DNA of 64,000 nucleotides from Octopus vulgaris. Taxonomy: Eukaryota. The DNA is taken from the NCBI GenBank assembly GCA_951406725.2, contig OX597825.1, positions 85,808,001 through 85,872,000 of the forward strand, written 5' to 3'. How positions within the stretch are numbered: the stretch's first letter is position 1; every line of letters begins with the position of its first letter. This document shows positions 56,280-64,000 of the stretch, in pieces. A program made the translations under genes and the position numbers. The notes beneath the pieces are model-generated. The model did no database searches. It had not been told where the DNA came from and saw only the letters and a program-made list of their open reading frames with translations.

Positions 56280-57297
56280 TGGTACGGCAAGTATCTTACG
56301 GTTGGGATAAACTACAAATCATCCGTCTGGTTCAATAGGAGTTATTTCTGTCTCATCAAAGGGAATCGATCTTCAGTACCCTGGTTCAGGGGAACGAAAC
56401 CTATTTTCTATGTTGTAGAACACCATCGTAAAATGGCTTTTATAATTTTCAGTTCAAATTTCGACTTTGCTGTTCAAAAATCGATATTTTATGAAATATC
56501 CACCTTCTATAGGTTTGTTTTTTCCTTATCTATTTTATTTAAAAAAAAGATTGGTTTCGTACATCATCAAATAATACGATGAAAATTTGAAATATTTCTG
56601 CAGAAAATAAATCGAATTAGAAAATAATAACAAGGGCTGTTTTGGGGTTTGTTTTCTGTGAAAACTTGAATATGACCAACTAAGAAGATGTCTGGAAGAT
56701 AGTAAAGAACTGCTTTACGGCCAATTTTGTGTCAGTAAACAAGTTTTATCGTCGCGTTGTGTATTCTTCCGTATGTAGAAGAATGTTTTATTAGCAATTT
56801 ATCTTTATCCTTTTTTATTTTTATTTTTGTTATTTTTATATTTAAGTCAAATCTAACAAGGGAAAACTTTTCATCGCATCTTGTCTGCAATCTGCAAGTT
56901 TATTTCTTATTCAAACATAAGAATGAGTTTATTTATCTGAATGTTTCTTGAAAATTAAATAAGGTATTGATATAAATCTATCTTCTACAAGAACGGAGAC
57001 ACATAACTGGTAGATACGATATCAAGTTTGATTAAAGATTGAAGGATGTTTGGTTAGTTTTCGTTATCAGTTCTATATGCTCACGTCGAAGACAAGTTTC
57101 AGTGGCACAGTCTGCCTAAAATGAGATTATAAATAATGAAATGAATCAATAATATTCTGGTCGAGGAATTTCTCGTCATTTTCAGGTATGGAGTTCATTT
57201 TGTGATTAAGAATCAAACGAATATTGGGAAGAAATAGACAAAATAAATTTGTTCAAAACTAGAGTAATAAACTCATTAAAGCTGGAAAAATCTTCAC

Positions 57298-57341
57298 TAA
57301 CTGTTACTCAGAGTTTCGCACGACCGTTCATCAGACAGTTA
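57298..57341 (-). ncRNA. Minimal type I hammerhead ribozyme motif
   Basis: Minus strand taactgt CTGATGA a-cg-gtcg-tg-c GAAAC tctga GTA acagtta: 7 bp stem I, 2 bp stem II with an A.C closing mismatch, palindromic stem III actc-t-gagt. Confidence 0.75.
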
Positions 57342-57411
57342 TGACAATGCTGATGGGTTGGACCAGCCAAAGTAGGAAGTTTTGACCGAATTAGTTTAGT
57401 AAGGACCATAT

Positions 57412-57469
<58 letters not shown>

Positions 57470-57474
<5 letters not shown>

Positions 57475-57640
57475 GAATTTACAAGAAAAACAAAAGACGA
57501 AGACGGGTGTGTAAACAACAGACAGATGTATTAGTTTAACGCTCGGGAAGTGAGAAAGGCTTATATGTTTCGAGCCTACGCTCTTCGACAGAAAGGAACA
57601 CAGAAATAAACAGGGAGAGAAAATGAGAAAATAAAAAATG
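57470..57640 (-). mobile_element. Short TA-flanked repeat with a variant minimal HHR-like core (57560-57596)
   Basis: Minus strand CTGTCGA-a-gagc-gtag-gctc-GAAAC-ata. Stem II is perfect, but core A6 and stem III are altered. Confidence 0.4.
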
Positions 57641-58089
57641 CTAGCCAGCTAGATAGATAGAAAAGTACGTACATACATACATACATACATACATACATAC
57701 ATACATACATACATACATACATACATACATACATACATACATACATACATAGATGTGTGTATATATATAAATATATACATATCTATGTATATATGCATGC
57801 ATGTATGTCTGTGTGTATATAAATATATGCGTATGTATGTATAATCACATCCATACTAGTTAAGCCGCACTGTCTCTCGTTGTTTTTATCCCATGTCTCT
57901 CTCTCCCCTGCTCTTTCTTTCTCTCTTTATGTCGTCTCTCTCTCTCTCCCACTCTCTCTCTCTCTCTCACTCTTTTTCTGTCTCTCTTCACAACACACTT
58001 GACTGCTTACTGACTAAAACACATTCCCACACACATACACACCTATGTACTCACATTCACACCTTGACATATGCGCATACCTATACATA

Positions 58090-58337
58090 TTGAATGTTGA
58101 AAATCTCAGCGACACATATTCTCACACACACACACACACACATATTGAAGGTTCATAATAACAGCTATACCAACTTCAAACATACATGCAAACACACGAG
58201 TGCACACACAAACATACACACACATAAACACATGTTGAACATCTACAATTACAACTACACATTCACACACACACTCACACGTTCACAGATGCAACCACGC
58301 ATAAAGTGAAAGTCCACAATCACAAATATACCTGATT

Positions 58338-58369
<32 letters not shown>

Positions 58370-58690
58370 CACATACGTATTGGACGTGCACACATACACA
58401 CATCACGCACACATACAAACACACACATAAATTGAAAGTCCACAATCACAACTATATCTACTTCACACATACACAAACACACACACATTCACATACACAC
58501 ACGTGTACACATACACACACGTGTACACATACACACACGTGTACACATTGAACAACCACAATCACCACCGTACATTCACACACACACACATACGCACACA
58601 TACGTATTGGACGTACACACATATACACATCACGCACACATACAAACACACACACACATATGTTGAAAGTCCCCAATCACAACGACATTC
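58090..58690. repeat. ~120 bp CA-rich degenerate minisatellite
   Basis: tgaaagtccacaatcacaa-type anchors at ~58308, 58433, 58549 and 58664. catacgtattggacgt occurs in alternate units. Confidence 0.75.
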
Positions 58691-59231
58691 CCCCATCCTC
58701 ACACAAAATCAATTGATCTCGGGGAGTCTTTCTACGCTGCTTCTTTTGTTGTTGTTAATGATATTTCCATCAGCTGGCAGCAACCAAACACCGCAGAGAT
58801 AAAACCCAGATTTAAAGGTTACAACACTAATTCAAGAGAGTTACACATTTCCAGTTCAAACACACGAGATGAACATTAAATCAAAAATAGTACAAACAAA
58901 ATGTGCAAAAAAAAATAAGCATTTTATAACAAATGGCTTTCAAAATGTATTATCGAAGAAGTTTTGTTTTAAAATGGAATTATTCTACGGGGGGGGGGGG
59001 TAGGGTCATTCTTTTATTTTGTATGATACCACAACCATTATAACAACAGGGAGGAATGTCTGCTGTGCTGATGGAATCTAATGGATCTTTGATTTTGGGG
59101 TAATCGTTCAATGTCTGACCGCAATTTTTAACATAATCTTCCAGATAGATGCTTGTTTGTGAAAGTATGCACACACACACACACACACACATATATACAT
59201 ATATAAATACACACACACACACACACACACA

Positions 59232-59277
<46 letters not shown>

Positions 59278-59312
59278 TACATACACACACACATACATAT
59301 ATATACATATAT

Positions 59313-59403
<91 letters not shown>

Positions 59404-59479
59404 TAAATAAAATAAAACATATGCATATATATAAACATACATGTACGTACCTACCTCTACATGTACATATACACGCATA

Positions 59480-59943
59480 TATGAGTACAGGACACCAAAA
59501 GGACGTCCAACACAATGAGAAACGAAAACATAGACAAAAACCAAAGGAACTGGACATTTTTTTAAAACAGCAAAAAAAATAGAGTACAGGACAATTAACA
59601 CAAAGAACAAACCCCTTCTTCAGTCACTAAAGGTTTCATCTACTCTACGTTTCGAAGGATAAAAGCGAGACGTATCTTCGACAAGAAAACTTTCCTTCCT
59701 GCGAAAAGCAAATCAATTAAAATTCTGAGATCTTTTCGCAGAGGGGTTAAAAATGGTAACAGGACAGTAACGACAGTACAAATTGTAAACAGTAAAAGAC
59801 AGGACAAGGAAAAACAAGATAAGAAGGGCTGTTAACGCCGAACGAAAAAAAGTATTGCAAACGCAGAATTTTTTGTGGACGACGAGCGGAGCAAAACGAA
59901 TGTCGTCCATTACCTTGAGAGAGCCAGGGGAGAGAGACAGCAG

Positions 59944-59945
<2 letters not shown>
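59480..59945. mobile_element. TA-flanked repeat distantly related to family F
   Basis: gagtacaggaca...cccttcttcag...gtttcg...gcagaggggttaaaaatggtaacaggacag resembles 51340-51570. Confidence 0.45.
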
Positions 59946-60004
<59 letters not shown>

Positions 60005-60364
60005 GGTCAGTTATTGTTCATAAGCCCGAAAAAAAACACTCTGCAAATTTTTTTCAGCAATAATATTTTATGTAGTCGTTGGTTATGGCCTGTCAGAAAG
60101 CTACCAATGGTTTCACGCCTATTATTGCTCTTGGCAAAATATGTGACTCGTCAGATCTGCAGGTAAGATAACGGTAGTTTTGATCAGAAAGGAGATGCAT
60201 TTCGTTTCAGAATCTTTTTTTCCCCACCATGATGACCTAAGACTCTATTCTTACCTCCATTATCAGAGAGATTATCTGTGCCTCCGTCTAATTAGATCTG
60301 CTGCTGAGTCACCTATATTGCGAAAAGCAATAACCGTCCTGAAACCAATGGCAAATTACTGACC
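60005..60364. ncRNA. Diverged inverted pair of hammerhead-like motifs (60095-60160 -, 60294-60353 +)
   Basis: Minus CTGACGAgtcac..ttgc..gcaata..GAAACCATTGGTA; plus ctgCTGAgtcac..attgc..gcaata..GAAACCAATGGCA. The minus copy has the same GAAACCATTGGT stem III as the 1361 motif, but stem I is poor. Confidence 0.5.
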
Positions 60365-60452
60365 GGCTATGACCAATAATATATTTATATATATATATTC
60401 ATATATAATATATTTATATATATATATATATATTCATATATATATATTTATT

Positions 60453-60485
<33 letters not shown>

Positions 60486-60963
60486 ATAGATATATGTGTG
60501 TACATACAGATATTATATATATATATACATACACACACAAACACACACACACACATGTATATATATGTGTATTTTATTGTTTTATTCAGGCATTGCGATA
60601 CTAACGAGCTGGTGTAGAACACTTAATCTTTGAGGCTCTGATGAGGCTGTAAGGCTTTACTCAGGCACTCAACTATGAGTCCACCGCATCTTATTGTGGA
60701 AACAGCTGTAAGCTAATGAAGTTCATGAGATAATCTTTTAGTCTTTTGTCATCACCTTTCTGATGTAAGAAAAGATATATGTGCGTGTGAGTGTGGGGTG
60801 TTTGTGTGTGTGGGGGAGGTGTTTTTATGTATGTATGTATGTATGTATGTATGTATGTACGTATGCAAGTACGTATATATGTATATATGTATGTATGTAT
60901 GTATGTATATGTATGTATGTATGTATGTACGTATGCAAGTACGTATATATGTATATATGTATG

Positions 60964-60997
<34 letters not shown>

Positions 60998-61644
60998 TGT
61001 ATGTATGTATGTATGTATGTATGTACATTCGTGTCATGTCTCTGACGGCCTCTTCCGTTATAAACCAAGAAAGGCTGCAAGTTATTGAGGTGTTCACTGT
61101 TTCTCTGTTAACATAAATGTCGCTCCATGAACAGAGACACTTGCTAAGTACAATTCTAACCTTCGGAGAGTTTTGAAACTCAACAGCGCTTAAAGCCAGG
61201 CTGCTAGGATATTGGTGCTGCTTGTTATTCCTTCGAAAGTTTATAAATAGAGAGTGTGAGATGTTAAAAATTACAAGTCTTTGAGAGTTCAATATAAATT
61301 CCCATGGTGGGGTATCGGACACGACACGGGTTGTGTATCTTTGATAAGCTGGAGTTGTTTCTGTCTAATCAACGCTCTGCGTGTGAGGCGGATTAGTCAT
61401 GCGACCAGGAGTTGCGTCACGTATATTTCCCAATGGTTCATTTATAATGTGGTGTTAGATACAAAGTCAGCCGTAACGAACAGACGTAACGAAACGAACT
61501 ATTAACCGAGTAAAGAACGGTTATAGAAACTGCGGTAAAAAAAACCTCGTAAAATGTTCAACGAAAGCATACATCCTAGAGGCATTATCTACGTACATTA
61601 ACACACATACAAACACACATACATACATACATACATACATACAT

Positions 61645-61699
<55 letters not shown>

Positions 61700-61714
61700 G
61701 GCAAACAGAAAAAG

Positions 61715-61860
61715 AGAACACCTACGCTGAACTATTGAGGAATCTGCAGTTACTCTTTCCAGATTACAAGTTCAGGTTTATACCTGTAATTACTGGGGCA
61801 CTGGGATATGTAACATTCTGTCTAAGTACCATTCTCGAGAAATTAGGCTTCCAGAAACCC
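61715..61860 (+). pseudogene. REL LINE C-terminal fragment
   Basis: TYAELLRNLQLLFPDYKFRFIPVITGALGYV. Confidence 0.6.
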
Positions 61861-61915
61861 TAACCGCCTTAACTTGCTTTCAAATAATAACGACAGTTGC
61901 ACATTCTCTCTCGTG

Positions 61916-62001
<86 letters not shown>

Positions 62002-62862
62002 CGAATGAGATTAAACATCTTTTTTTTCTAACCAGTAATATTTAACTGTTAAAACTTTTACTCGTTCATTCATTTTCTTGTTTCACTCATTCAACTGCGG
62101 CCACGCTGGGGCATATTTAACATTCTAAAAATAGTTGTTTTTTTATCGTTGAAGCTATTTAGTAAAATACAATTGATTTCGCTATGAGACGAATTATTAT
62201 TTCATGTACTGAGAGCAAAAATCTCATCGCCTACATTAATGGTCTCCTTCCATTTTGAAAATTGTGTTGTTTAGTCTTTGTGATTCTTAGAAAGCATAAA
62301 TAATCAATACTAATTAGCTCCGAGAATTATCCGGTCACTTCACCACCTTCTCTGTTCTTGTGTTTTTTACTGCTCCTGTTTCGTTGGCAGCAGTCAATAA
62401 AATCGAGAATATTTACTCTTATCAAATATCATCGAACTTACAACAGAAACTAAAGTACATCCCACATTTCCCAGTTTAAAATGATGTTATTTGCTGTTTT
62501 GCTTTACTTAATTGTTCAGTTCAATAAACAGCGAGGCCGACTGACACCTTTTGATAACATTCCCAGCTGATGGATCAAGAAAAATGACCTTCAGATATCG
62601 GAGTTTTGCAGTAGTGTGCAAACAACTCTTACAGCCGTTGAATAAGCTGTCTTAGATTAACTGAGACAAGGCTGTAGTAACAAGTGAAGCGGAGGACGTT
62701 GGATAACAGCTTATACTCAATTAATTTCTGGTAGAATGAAAGAGTAAAAGTTGAGTGAAAGTTCTTTGTTCATGAGAACATGAAGATAGAAGAAAGCTAT
62801 GGATGTCGATTAATAACTGTAAACTCTTATATAGATAGGCCCAACACCACTATATGACTGGT

Positions 62863-62902
<40 letters not shown>

Positions 62903-62960
62903 GCATGTGTGTGTGCGTGGGTGGGTGTATATATATATATGTATACATATACATACGTAC

Positions 62961-63015
<55 letters not shown>

Positions 63016-63264
63016 CATTATATATATGCGTGTGTGCGTGTGAGTATGTGTGTATAAAAACAAAAAAATGGGTGAAAGTGCACAAGACCATAGATAATTA
63101 TTATAATCTTTTAAGACAAATTAACGAGATAAAAACCGGTGTAATATTTCATTTCAATATATTAAATCTTTTTAACTTACAATACATAACCGGTTTCATC
63201 CATGTATGATTGATTTTTCTAATGAATATCTTTATGTGGTCCACAATACATACGGGGGAAGATT

Positions 63265-63366
<102 letters not shown>

Positions 63367-64000
63367 TAGATATAGATATACATACACATATACATACACA
63401 CATACGTACTTAAGTTAGTTAAATATGTTTGTGACATATATTCACTTCTAAAGGCAAATTCACTGAAGTTACAGTTATTTCCCATTTTTTGCTGGATTTC
63501 ATCATTGACCCGCACCACTTTCAATGGTTTGGCCGATAATATCGATCTCTGCACTTACTATTAAGGTTCGTACTTATTTATCGATATCCATCTGTCGAAC
63601 TGTTAAGTCGCAAGACATAAACCTAAAAGTAGGCGGATCGATTTCTTTTACAATCTGCAGAAATCTTAGACCAATGGCGTAACCACGTAATTTTTCACGA
63701 TGGCGTTTAAATTGCAAGGTTTATCTCACACGGGAAATTTACTTTTCATAGAAAGAAAAGAAAAGATGCGCAGCGCAGTTTTGATGTGTATATTGTATGT
63801 ATGTGTGTGTGTATGTGTGTGCACGCATGTGTGCATGACTGTGTATCTGTGTGTATATATATCATTTCATAGAAGCGTATGTGTGAGGCGCCGTATGAAA
63901 GTATGTACATGAGAGAGAAACCGAGTGTGTATGTGCTTGTGGGTGTTTGTGTATATGCGTTGGTATCGGCCTCGAGCACTAAACCGATTTTTACAGTTAC

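Noticed and set aside
56330-56385. CTGAAGA...GAAA on minus strand
   Set aside because: No consistent stem I or stem II pairing.
56560-57240. Possible Penelope C-terminal relic upstream of the 57298 HHR
   Set aside because: Only vague resemblance and no GIY-YIG motif readable. It needs BLASTx.
60634-60690. CTGATGAggc hammerhead candidate
   Set aside because: No GAAA and no stem I partner.

Overview
AT-rich eukaryotic non-coding DNA saturated with microsatellites ((TA)n, (CA)n, (TAA)n, (GATA)n, (TATG)n). The repeat repertoire is most consistent with an octopus/cephalopod-type genome, which is my inference from recognising the repeats. I cannot support any intact protein-coding gene. Nearly all listed ORFs are microsatellite translations. 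The real coding remnants are decayed R4/Dong-like (REL-endonuclease) LINEs next to (TAA)n tracts, a mariner transposase relic and Penelope-like (GIY-YIG) relics. There are also several SINE families and a Helentron-associated-type element. The main hidden signal is a dense set of type I hammerhead ribozyme (HHR) motifs: at least 4 near-intact ones from unrelated sequence families (1361-1431 +; 4977-5041 + with a mirror at 4880-4943 -; 50378-50468 -; 57298-57341 -) and about 8 decayed ones. They sit in short non-coding units embedded in or next to (TA)n. Several have palindromic mini stem III and unusually long stem II. One unit is terminally redundant (584 bp period, retrozyme-like), and several occur as back-to-back inverted pairs, including a near-perfect ~480 bp palindrome. 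All structures were folded by eye, and coordinates of decayed repeats are approximate.
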